From: Felis catus | Lineage: Eukaryota | Direction: 5' to 3' | NCBI RefSeq assembly: GCF_018350175.1 | Contig: NC_058368.1 | Span: 79,114,001 to 79,178,000 of the forward strand | DNA length: 64,000 bases | Shown here: one piece after another, positions 12,754 through 24,990 of the stretch | Layout: every line of letters begins with the position of its first letter | Numbering within the stretch: the first letter of the stretch is position 1 | Position numbers and translations under genes: made by a program | Notes under the pieces: generated by a model | Seen by the model: the letters and a program-made list of their open reading frames with translations, nothing else | What the model was told of the DNA's origin: nothing | Databases searched by the model: none

Positions 12754-15041
12754 ATGTATCGTATGATCAGGACACTATAAAGCCAAAATGAGATTACAGT
12801 TCACAAAGCCGTTTTTGACATGTTTCAGTGATTTTGTGTCTATGCTTAATGTGTTTGGCTTTAAAAAGTTCACCAAACTAAAGAAGATTATCGCTTCAAG
12901 AAAAAAACAAACAAAAAAAAAACCAACAACACCACTGGTGTGTTTAGAAAGAAAAAGGATTTATATCATATAATTTAGTGTTCTTTTAATGCTGAATTTT
13001 AAAATATTTAAAATACCGTTTTTGGTCATTATCTTCAAAAAGATGACTTTGCATTTCAAGGTGAAACACACCCAACAATGTATCAAAGAGCTTGTTATCA
13101 ACAGGGTCAAAATTATTGCTTTAGCAACAGGGTTCTTATTTTGTATGGAGCTATAGTACCACTTTGATGATGTCAAATATCTACATCAAAATCTTTTTAA
13201 AAAACTCAGTGGAGTATCCAGATGCTTCCATAAAGTCGACAACCCAGCCACTGATCTGCTTTCCTCTGCATACTTGGCATTATATAGATAAGTCTATTGG
13301 CATCAGCTGAGATTTTTTCCAAATAACACTGGTGAGGTAATGAGAAAAATCAATAACTTTAATCTTAAAAATAAATCTTACAGTATGCAGTCGGCTCAAA
13401 TCACTTGCACTGATGTATAGGTACTGAAATAGAAAGAAAATGCTGATAGGCTACAATAACGGATCGTCCTATCTCCCCTCTGGTCCTTAGAGGTGTATTG
13501 ACTTTACTTTGTAAGCCTTACAGATGCTTTATCTGAGAGAATTCACAGGGGGAGCCTACTTGTAAGGAACACTGGTTTGATTTTTATTAGAAGACTGACT
13601 CCTATACTTCAGAGCACAGATGCCGGCCACCTGACACCCTTTCCGGGGCTCCCACTATAACGTGGTTCATAGAGAAAGTGTTAATTTTGAAAGAAGGTAA
13701 CTTTTTCCCTGGTCTTGCATGGGTTTGGCTAAGAAGCAAATAGAGATGGGAAAGATCATGAGGAATTAGTGTCCATCCCTACCTGTCAGCGGGGACTTTT
13801 TGTTCCGATGCAAACAGTCTTGGCTTGCAGTCATCTCACAGTGCCTTTCTTCAAGGGAGCAGGAAACCAGGCTCATTTTCTTCCCTGTAAAGTGTGGGGA
13901 TTCTCATGCTAGGACACGTTTCTCGCTGTTGAAAAGCTGTAAGAGTTATGTGAAATTGCGCATTTAATGGCCACACGTCTTTCTGCGAAAACGACTCTTG
14001 TGTGACATGTTCCACAGGAAATATGGACACATACAGGCATATCGCATTTTAAATTTTCCACTAATGCAATTAGATAAGAATTCTATAAAATCAGCCCTCG
14101 ACTGATTGGGTATGTAGCAGTAAAATTAAATGTTGGCTACAAATTGAATCTCTCTTTGTGGAGGTCTAGAGTTTAATTGGCATCATCAAGGATTTTAGTG
14201 AAATCCCTTTAAGAAAGATAAAATGCGTGTGCATTATTGTAGATAAAGAAAACAGGAAACAGATTCAGTCATTTGCCAAAGATCATAGGGAAAATTTGGA
14301 GTGCATGGTTTGAATGGATATCAAGATCATATGTCCTGTTCCTGAGAATGAACGTGACCAAAACCCATTAAAAGGACTGCAGGAGTCATCCAACTTCTTC
14401 ACACAGTTTGAAGACTTTTTGGTCAGGACAAAAACCTAAATAGCCTTTTTAGCTTGGCTTTTTATGACTTGGCTTTTTAGCTGCCAGTCACATGCTGAGA
14501 TTTCTCACGATGAAAAGAGAAAGGGAGAGGCTCATCCTTCCTTCCCTCCTTTGTGAGGTAGACGATACGTGTGAGGGGGGCTCAGCCAATCTGTCAACCG
14601 TGGATTATGGCGTGAGAGACATATGATGGAAGGGACGAGAAGAGTAGATGTCACCAAGGAGGTGACATGTGGCAGAGGTGACTTCCCTCTGGGGCAGCTG
14701 TTAGGCAGTCTTACCATGACCTCCGGGCACTGAATCCGCTTGGATTCCTGCCCACTTGCCACACAATTTCCTTCTCACTCCAGTCTCTCTCTCTCACCTT
14801 CCAGTGAAGGTCCGACCTGTTCAGATGTCCAGAATTACTTTTCATGGCTCGCAAATAAGAATTTTCACTGACACCGATATAGACGTGGAACGTTTTCTCA
14901 TGAGGGTAGCGCCTCAGCAAAGACGAGTAGTCCCTTTCCTCAAGGTGCAGGGGAGAGACAATGTAGTTTATGTTCTTTTCCATCATAACATTTCTTACAA
15001 TTTGCAAAACATAATGACTTCACAGAAATGTAGTAAAAATA

Positions 15042-15257
15042 GGGGCGCCTGGGTGGCTCCGCCGGTTAAGCATCCAACTTCAGCTCAGGTCATAATCTCA
15101 CGCTTCGTGGGTTCGAGCCCCACGTTGTGCTCTGTGCTGACAGCTCAGAGCCTGGAGCCTGTTTCAGATTCTGCCTCTCCCCCTCTCTCTACCCGTCCCT
15201 TGCTCGCATTCTGTCTCTCTCTCTTTCTCAAAAATAAACTTAAACAATTTTTAAAAA
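15042..15257 (+). mobile_element. Can-SINE (felid)
   Basis: ggggcgcctgggtggct head; TSD-like gtagtaaaaata / gtagtgaaaata. Confidence 0.93.
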
Positions 15258-17139
15258 GTAGTGAAAATATATTGCCCTTGAAATATTTGAAAATAATGAA
15301 AGCTGGGACCTTAGCCATATCGTGAATGTGGCTGTGTTCATTGTTGCTCCTTATAGCGAAGGCTCTGTAGGTCCTTGCTGTGGAGCAAAATAGAATAGCC
15401 ATGACCTTACACAGCCAGCAGTGAGTGAGTGATACCTTGCAATCCCGCACGCTGGCCCTGATGGGGCTTTGTGGCACTTCCCAGCGCTCAACTCTGCAAT
15501 CCCAGAGATCCAGGTCGGTTTTGAAATTAGATGGTGTTTATAAAAATAATATGCCATTTATCTACTGGCTGTTTTATGAGATGTATAGTAGCTTTTTTAA
15601 AAGAGTGTGTGCCATTTGGCATGAAAAGATCCGTCCGAAGTAACGCAGCGGCAGGAGACCCAGCAGTGAGGGAAACACTGAGAGCACCTTCCAACCCAGA
15701 GTGACTTAGCTCTTTTCGTCGTGATTGCAATCCTCTGCTGACTCAGAAGGCCGGGTAACCTGACACAGGAACCCCGTGGATTATAAATAGAGCAAAATCA
15801 TGAACCCCGTGGGGGAGGGACCCAAAGGCAGGAGGGTACAAGGAGGGAAGGGATAAAATAAAATTCTCAGTTCTTGCCCTCAGCCTGAAGTGGATTTATA
15901 CACCTGTTTAGGGCTCTACACTTGCTATTGACAAATGGGCCACTTTCTTTTTTCACTTGAGCGTACCTTATGTATGTACATTCTCATTTTAGCTTTACTA
16001 CCGTCCACTTCTCGCCATTGATTCCTCTCAGGTTTTGTTCTCCTCGACGACATTGTGTGGTTCATGATCTTTGAGCTTCATTGTGGGCAGTTATCATATT
16101 ACTTACCAAACTTTTTGTTACGATTTTTTAAAGAGCGTAAAAAGTTATCATTACTATCTGTCATATTCAAATATACATCGTAAGAAATCATTGGTGGTCT
16201 CGGATAAAAGAGTGGCAGTCCAGCACCCAAGAGCTTCATGAGTATTTAGCCCACTCAGACAACCGCCACCAAAGATAAGCAGAAACGTAATCAATGTCAA
16301 TTGATCCACAGTCAAGAGACAGATTGTTATGTGGTTTGTTTTACTGAACCAGCAAAGAAACCTTTTTGTAATGTCACATATCAACAAAGTGAAGACTGGT
16401 GGGGGCACTAAATAAAGCCAGTGCCTTCTCAGTATTTCATCGTATTTGTCACGTGAATGCCTGATAGGTATCATGGCAGAGAAACAGTGCTAGATAAAGT
16501 AGCAAAGTGTAGACACACTCAATCATTAAGGGAGGATTCTAAAGCACATGGTGGGAAATAGAAATTAGATAGCTATTTCAAAAGGCAAGGTATAAGTATT
16601 TCATTTATAAGCTGCAAACACGAGACGAGACGTAGCATGGGAGGCTCGTTCACACAGCTGAGGTTTCAGGGAATCGGCACGCACCCCTCGTGACTTCCAT
16701 AGTACATGCCAGAAATGAAGGCAGTAAATTAATTTGACGGTATGAGTTGAGTGGCAGCATTTTCAAAAGAGAAAGGAAGAATCCTGTATAGTTATAGAGA
16801 AACTTGCGAAATAAAAGACAAAAGCAAATCTCCTATTTTGTATTTTTCCTCCATAAAATTGCACCCTGTGTCTCTCCCAAATGCATTCAAATGCATATTT
16901 TTCTAGTGAACACGTTGACTATTATCAACGAGGAGATAATTCAGTTTTAAGAAATATGAGAAGAATGCAAAATAAGAAGGTCTTGTGATATCTCTCCATG
17001 CTCACCTTACAGATGGGAAGGCTGTAGTGAGTCAATACCATTGTATGAGGGAGGAAGTAACATTGCATCTGAGAAAATGTGGTTGAGTACAAATTCTAGT
17101 TAACTTAGGAACTGCACTATTCCCTTAAAAAGATTTAAT

Positions 17140-17215
17140 TTTTAAAATTAAAAGAAAAGAAAAAACTAAAAGAAAAAGAAAAACAAAACTAAAGAGAAAA
17201 AGAAAAAATAAAATT
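17140..17215. repeat. A-rich low-complexity tract
   Basis: (AAAAG/AAAAC)n-like run. Confidence 0.8.
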
Positions 17216-18829
17216 TATGGGTATAAATCCCATAACTGTTATTCAGCAGGTAGGTACAGAACGTAGCAGTTAGTTTTCAAGTTGATAAAAGAAAATACCT
17301 GTAACATGTCAAGCCTGCAGCCTGCCATATAACAAGTGCGTATAAACAATGTTTGCTATGTTATCTTGGTGTTTTTTTTTTCAAGGTCAGTATTCTGAAC
17401 ATCAATTCTGATTCTAACATAGTAGACGCTATCTAAAATATGTAGGGGGTTAGACAGAATCAGCATGACACAGCACTTCTCTGGGATTTTGATAAAATGT
17501 GGCTGGCATGTATGTGATTTTCAAAAACATTTTGCTATGGAATACTATATATTTGGGGGGGGAGCACAGTGACGAGTAAAACACCCAACTTCAATAAATC
17601 GTTACATTTCACCATATCTGCTCTGGCACCATATATTTTCTATGTCCCATGCCCACCTGCCACGCTGGGGTGAATCCCATCCGGAAATTAGGGCATAACC
17701 CTCCATCCATGTTTGCACTTTTACTAATATGAATGTACCCATAAATTATATCATGTCCGTAAGTAAAAATGGATGATTCGTATGCTTTTACAGTGTACAT
17801 AAAGGTGTCACTCTGAACTGATTTGCGGATTATTTTCTAGTTGTTGAGGTGTTTTTTTCTCCCCATTTGGATGCATGGTGCTCTCATTTGCTGTTTCATT
17901 CTGAGTATTAGCTCAAGGTTAAATGTAAAGCCTTAAACGTGGAGCGGTAGGAGGGAGGCAGTAGGAAGGGAGATTACAGGGGACACACTCACAGGCTCTG
18001 AGCACAACATTGCGTTCAAGTTCCCTCAGCAAGCTCGGGAGAGAGCAAGTCCATTGGAAGAGGCAAGGCCTTAGGAACACCCGCCCCAGCGGGAAGGGTG
18101 GGTCTCGCCTTGCTGCCACCTCCAGCCTCAGGGGACAGCAGTGCCTCTGGCAGCCAGACTGTCTTCCTCCAGATCCTCACAAGGTGGTTGGACGTGTCTC
18201 TCGGGGTCCTGAGAATCTTAATCCAGTGAGCTCTATGAAAGATGCACCAGGATGTACTGAATGTCAAGTGACAATATGGCAGCACGGACTTAGATGCACA
18301 AACATTTGCCAGAGGGCTACAACCAGGGCTTTGGCACAGATCCTTACTGGTGCCTCTAGAAGCTCCCTTTCAACACCAAAAAAAATTTTTTTAATTAAAA
18401 ACATAACTGTAGGTGTCAATATGCCTCCTCCACTTTAAACTTTTCCCAGAAAGAGGGTTTCCATAGATATATTCATGACATTTCTTAAAAACAACATGTT
18501 TGTTTGCAGTTTGACAAAGTGGAGTGGAAAACTTGATCAAAAGCAAGTTTCCAAATTATTGCTGTTACAAACAGTGCTACGGTGAAGATCATAGAATGTG
18601 CCCCTAACTTGTAATTTAGGGGGGAAAAAATCCAAAGGTTTCCCCTAGAAATGGAAATACTGCATTTCTGAGGGTGCACATTTTCAACCATAGGAGTTAC
18701 TGCCAATAATTCCCCAAAATAGTTGAACACACCTCTAAAAGGGAATGTTTCTCCCCTAACTTTTTTTCCTGAAAGTCGCTTAGTTTAATTAATCTTTCTT
18801 TTTTAATTTTTCAATTTAATTTTATTTTT

Positions 18830-21600
18830 TTTAATGATGTGGTAAGTGTAAAACAGATCTTATTATGGCTTTGTTTTACATTTCCCTGGTTGCCGTCGAG
18901 CGTTTTCATATGTCCTCAGACCTAGTAGCCCAAAGCTATCCTTTTCCTATTTCCGAACTGGTTTGCATGAGTTTCTAGATGACTTGAAAGAATTCTTTAC
19001 ATATTCTGAATAATATTGCTCGTCAGTCACTTGCATGGCAAACACTTTGGTTATAGTGTTTTCTTTTTTTTTTTTAATTTTTTTAATGTTTTTATTTATT
19101 TTTGTGACAGAGAGAGACAGAGCATGAATGGGGGAGGGGCAGAGAGAGAAGGAGACACAGAATCGGAAGCAGGCTCCAGGCTCTGAGCTGTCAGCACAGA
19201 GCCCGATGCGGGGCTCGAACCCACAGACTGTGAGATCATGACCTGAGCCAAAGTCGGACACTTAACCGACTGAGCCACCCGGGTGCCCCTGGTTATAGTG
19301 TTTTCTTAGTCTAACCAGAAGTTTGTCAACTTCATTGATCTTTTAAAAACAGCTTTTGACTGTATTGATATTCTCTATTATTTTTCTGCTTCATTGATTT
19401 CTGTGCTCTTTAATATTTCCTTCCTTTTGCTTGCTTTGGGTATAATTGGTTCTATTTCTAGTTTCTTAAATAGCAAGTGTAGAACATTGATTTCATGACT
19501 TCTGTTTTTTCTAATAGTATTTAATGTAGTATACTCCCATCTCTGGCTATGTTACCTGTGTTCTGAAAATTCTGATAGTTTTGCTTTTATTTTCATTCAA
19601 TTCATGCTTTCTGATTTCTCTTAGGGTTTCCTCTTTGACTAATGTTGTTGCCTTCCAAACATTTGAGGACTTTCCAGATATCTTTCTGGTTTTTTATTTC
19701 TAGTTTAGTTGCATTATGATCTCAGAATATATACTTTCAATAATTTCAGTTCTCTTCAATTTATCAGGAATTACTTTATGGCCCAGAATAGGGTCTATCT
19801 GGGTGGAATTTCCATGAAAAGGAGTATCCTGCTATTGTCATATAGTGATCTGGAAATGTCTATTGGGTCAAGTTGATTGACAGTGTTGTGTGGGGCTTCT
19901 GTATTGTGACTGATTTTCTGTCCACTTCTTCCACTGAATACTGAGAGAAGAGTACCCTGAGTCTCCAACTATAATTGAGATTTTGGCTACTTTTCCTTTC
20001 AGGTTAATCAGTTTTTACCTTATATATTTGGAAGTTTTGTCATTAGGTGTGTAGACCTTGAAGAGTATTGCATCTTTTTGATGAATAGATCTGTTTATCA
20101 TTTGTACTTCTGATAATTAATATTCCTTTTCCTGAGGTCTTCTTTGACTGAAATTAAAATAACCATTCTTTTCATCATTGTGTGCAAGGTATGTTTTTCC
20201 ATTCATTTAATTACTTTTAAACAGCTTTATTAAGATATAATTCACATACCATACAGTTCACACCTTTAAACTATACAATCCAGGGTTCTTTAGTAAGCTG
20301 TTAGGGTTATGCAACTATTATCACAACTATTAACCCCCTCACCATCCCAATGAAAATCCATGCCTTTACTTTTAACCTATTTATGTCTCTATATTTAACT
20401 TGCGATTTGTATAAATAATATATAGATGTGTCTTGTTTATTTTTATCCAGTCTGATAGTCTTTGTATTTTATTTGGTGTGTTCAGACCATTTACACTTAA
20501 TGTAATTATGGATGTGACTGGATTTTGGTCTGTCCATTTTATGTTTTTCTGTTTCTCACCACCATTTTTGTTCTTCTATTTCCCAATGATGCTTTCTTTC
20601 AGATTATTTGAGTATTTTTAAGTCCTCTATTTTAGTTTATCTGTTGGCATTTCAGCTATATGTCTTTGTATGTGTTTTCTTGGTAGTTGATTTAGCAATT
20701 GTAATATATACACACCTGTCACTCTATTTGCAGTCAACCATATCATTCCTTTTAACCTCCTTCGCTGATCTTTACTTTATCGTCACCACATGTGCTACAT
20801 CTACATACGTCTACACAGTTATAAATATATTACATCTACATTCTTTATAGTTGTAACATATTTTACATCTACTTAATTGTTGTCAGAAACGTTATATCTG
20901 CATACATTGAACACATTCTCCTAGGAGGTGTTATAAGTTTTGCCTTAAACTGTCATGCACGCTTCAGACAACTTCAGTAGAGAAAAATCTTCTTTTTATT
21001 ATCCCAGTACTTACCATTTCTATAGCTTCACTCCTTCTAGTTCCATTTCCGTCAGCCTCAAGAACTTCCTAGTTTTCCTTAATCTGAGTGTGTCTTTATT
21101 CTGCGTGCGTTCTCCAAATTTGGATTTCCCTCCACAGTTCACTTGTTTTGGTTTACTTTTCTGGTCCGCAGATAGATGTGCATTTTGTCCAAAGTTTAGT
21201 TATAATTACTGAGAGAAATAGGCAGAGGTGAGCTTCTTTCATTGTGGCCCAGCTGACGCATTTACCACACATAAATTTATAGTGTTAATATAGTCAAACT
21301 GATTAACCCTTATCTTTATAGATTGTGCTTTTGTTGTACTGTTTAAAAAATCTTTCTCATTGAGAAAGCCCTCCCCCCAAATTTCTCTTACCCTGCAGCC
21401 ATAAAGATCTCTCTCTCCATATATGTTTTAAAGTTTAGGGTGTGTGTGTGTGCGGTTTGTTGTTGTTTTTACATTTTTTTCTTTTTTTCTTGCATTTAGG
21501 AATTTAGACTACCTGGACTTTATTTTTGAGAATGGTGTAAATTGACAATGTAGTTTTACATTTTTCTGTGCCAATAACGATTCTCCCCTGCCTTTTACAA
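18830..21600 (-). mobile_element. Ancient L1M fragments (interrupted by a SINE)
   Basis: T-rich antisense L1 motifs, e.g. ttctctattatttttctgcttcattgattt, tttatggcccagaatagggtctatct, gtctccaactataattg, acagctttattaagatataattcacatacc. Confidence 0.7.
19066..19289 (-). mobile_element. Can-SINE (felid) with perfect TSD
   Basis: TSD tggttatagtgttttctt at 19048-19065 and 19290-19307. Confidence 0.96.
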
Positions 21601-22384
21601 TATAAGGCCATGTTTCCCACTTCCTCTCAATGCTGAGTACATTGCCTGAAATGGACTGTTTTCTGTATTTATCTCTGACCTTCTAGACTCTTCTTTAATA
21701 TTACTTGCCTCCTGATGGCTTTCCTTGAGCACTCCTTCTAAGCAAAGTCGTCATTTGCCTTTATAAATTGGTCCCTGTAATTCCACAGTGCATATCTTCT
21801 TTATATGACCTATTTTGTTGTATTATAATTATGCACATGTGTGTAGACCCTGGGACTTTGAGCATATAGAGAATGCATTGACTGTATCTTAATCATTTTT
21901 GCATTCCAACACAAATGCTCAATAAATTGCCAACTCAGTGTAATTGTCATCTGGTAGCAGCTTTCGATGAATTAAGAGAAGCAGACTGATAGAATATTTC
22001 CTAAATTTATTCAAATATTTAAATTCAGTCTCATGTTAAAAATGTACTAATAAGCTTGGTAAATAGAATCACAGGCAGTTGCATTACTGGTTGGAGGATA
22101 TTAAAGTCACATTTTATATGGTGATTAGGCTCTAAAGCTGGCGTGTTATGTAAAAGTCACATGCAACAAAAAAGACTCTGGAACATCCCTTATATTGGCT
22201 ATAAAGAACAATATGCCTTTATATGTTTTATGTATAAAACAGTGTGCTTTTCTTGTATACAACTCTGCACAATTATATGCATATATTTATGCGTAATGCA
22301 TAAAACAACTTAAAGCATATAATAAGATACATACAGTGTTTTGGATTCTAAAGAAGTGGGTGGCACAGAACTGAATTTTCAGAG

Positions 22385-22810
22385 ATTCATTTATTCATTC
22401 CACAAATATTTACTGGGTACCAACTTGTGTCCAGCACAGATCTAGGCACCTTGGTCTATAAAACAAACGTCCTTGCCCTCCTGGGAGTTAAATTCTAGCA
22501 TTGGAAAGCAAACAATGAATGATATTTAAGTGAGATGTATAAAATGCTAAAAGGTAATAAAACATACGAGGAAAGGTAAACAGGATAAGCAAGCTTGGGA
22601 GTGACAAGAGCAGATATGGAAGGAGGTTGGGTTGAGTAGCGAGTTCTAAGAAAGTCAACAAAAGCTTCATTGAGAGCAAAGACAGCAAAGAAGTAGGGAG
22701 TGTGCCATGCTGATGTCAGGGTGGAACATTCTAGGTGGGGGGAGAGCAAAGGCCCTGAAATAGGACCTTGCCTGAGTTGCAAGGTGGCCAGTGTGGCTGA
22801 AGGGGCGTGA
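22385..22810 (-). mobile_element. L2 3' fragment
   Basis: attcatttattcattccacaaatatttactgggtacc...ccttgccctcctgggagtt...aaggccctgaaatagga...gccagtgtggctg. Confidence 0.72.
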
Positions 22811-23445
22811 ACTCTACGTATTACTAGATGTTTAAATGAAGACAAGTTGGAATTGGCATCCATGATAAGTGTTAAGTCTAGAAAAGGGAGACTTTCTCAT
22901 TGTAAACTACAGCTAGGGGCTAAATGCAAAATGTCAATTAGGACTCTTATTGTACTGTCTTTCTTGAGAACCATTTGCCAGGTTTGAAAACTTGGGTCTG
23001 CTCTGAATCTAAGTGAAAGGTAATCGCTTGCCTTTTCTGTAAGGAGAAAATGTAGACAAACAGCTCTATTTCCGCTCAAGATAAAGAGAACTGGAAGAGA
23101 GTCACTTGGGAACCTGTATCGCTCATTCCCTGACTTGTTACATGTGGTGCTCTGAACACGAATGTGGCCTAACATTTTTAAATGCAAAATTCAGACTGAA
23201 AGAACAGAAAGTTTTCAATTGTGCTGAAATTGTAATCAGCTAATTATGGTGAAAGAATTCATTTTATGAAAAAACAACCTGACTCTGTCAGAAATAGGTT
23301 CTAAAGCAACTGAACTGTGATATTGGGAAGAAGTTTCACGAAGTCAATGATATAGAAAGCCTGGATCTTAAAGCCCAAGTGGATTCAAATTAATTTTATA
23401 CACTTCCAGGTGATTTTTATTATATATTTTTGGAAAGAAGTCTGT

Positions 23446-23664
23446 TTTTCAAAGTTTAAGTATTTATTTTGAGAGAGAGAGAGAGCATGTGCACATGAGC
23501 AGGGGGAAGGGCAATGAGAGGAGAGAGGAGAGAGAGAATCCCAAGCAGGCTTCGTGCCTCCAGCAGAGAGCCTGACGTGGGCTCGAACTCACGAACAGTG
23601 AGATCATGACCTGAGTGGAAATCAGGAGTCAGACGCTTAACTAACTGAACCACCCAGGTGCCCC
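23446..23664 (-). mobile_element. Can-SINE
   Basis: Reverse-complement head, (GA)n tract and T tail. Confidence 0.93.
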
Positions 23665-23709
23665 TGTAGTATTTATGGTATCAAAAATTATATCTTGTAA
23701 TGATAGAAT

Positions 23710-23850
23710 TATTGGAATATTGCTTACATCCATATATATACATATGTATGTATACATATGGATGTAAGCAATATATACATATGTATACATATATATGTAT
23801 ATATATAGATGAAAGCAATATTCCAATATATTTAAATGAATATATATATT

Positions 23851-23880
<30 letters not shown>
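23710..23880. repeat. AT-rich palindrome followed by (TA)n(GA)n microsatellite
   Basis: Inverted arms 23710-23760 and 23778-23828; (TA)n(GA)n at ~23841-23880. Confidence 0.9.
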
Positions 23881-23881
<1 letters not shown>

Positions 23882-24274
23882 GAAAGCTTATAATTCTTGA
23901 CAACTGGTCTCTCAGAAATTCCTTAAAACCTGTGGACTTAATTTTTCCCAGGCACAAAGTTAATCCTGTATAACAACTTGGGCACCTTGAGAAATGTTTT
24001 AATACTTACAGGACCTTTTTGTGCATGTAATGATTGTAAAGAAGGGCCTCTCTTACCTCCGGTTTTCAAGTGGAAACTTGAACTCCAGTAACTCCATTTT
24101 GGACGGAAAGATCAAGGTTGGTGACAGAGAATAACTTTCCCCAACACAGTGTATCCCATGGCTAATGGAGTTGCTAAACTATGCCCTTCTCCTAATTATC
24201 TGATTTTCAAAAATCAACTCGGATTAGGTTATTTTATTAATATCCAATTTCCTGAAGTGCCTTTTCTCATTCTT

Positions 24275-24511
24275 TTTTTTATTTTTATTTTTAAAAAAAA
24301 TTTTTTTTCAACGTTTATTTATTTTTGGGACAGAGAGAGATAGAGCATGAACGGGGGAGGGGCAGAGAGAGAGGGAGACACAGAATCGGAAACAGGCTCC
24401 AGGCTCTGAGCCATCAGCCCAGAGCCTGATGCGGGGCTCGAACTCACGGACCGCGAGATCGTGACCTGGCTGAAGTCGGACGCTTAACCGACTGCGCCAC
24501 CCAGGCGCCCC
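24275..24511 (-). mobile_element. Young felid Can-SINE
   Basis: CpG-intact head; TSD cttttctcattctt at 24261-24274 and 24514-24527. Confidence 0.96.
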
Positions 24512-24819
24512 TTCTTTTCTCATTCTTGTTTAATTATATTTATTGCCATAACACACAGATTGTGGTTGTTTCCAGAAAGAAAATTGTGATATCAATAAAT
24601 TAACAGATAGACTGTGTCCTACATACTAACACAAATGAGGATCCTGGAGAGGGGAACAACCAAACAAGAGAGAGGATCCTTCTAGATGCAGCCTCCAAAG
24701 TCTCTGGAGACTTCACTGCCATGGTTTGACCTGCTGGTTCACACACAAGGACGACCTTTTGTTTGTACCCAAGAAGACCAGCTAAACTCAGTGTGCTTGA
24801 ACTTGCATGCATCAGGTAC

Positions 24820-24990
24820 TAGCCAAGTGAGTTTGGGCTCTAAAGATGAGCTTCAGCATCTCTGAAATGAGACTAATAATACAGAACCTGCTTACTTCAC
24901 ATGGTTATGAGAAACTACTAGAATAATCACATGTGAAAAATGCTTTAAGAATATAAAATAATAGCATGAAGACGATGTTAGACATAGGGC
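24820..24990 (+). mobile_element. MIR
   Basis: catctctgaaatgagactaataatacagaacctgcttacttcacatggttatgaga...aatcacatgtgaaaaatgcttt. Confidence 0.55.

Noticed and set aside
14756..15325. 189-aa ORF
   Set aside because: Non-ATG start, second half runs through a Can-SINE, and no recognisable protein.
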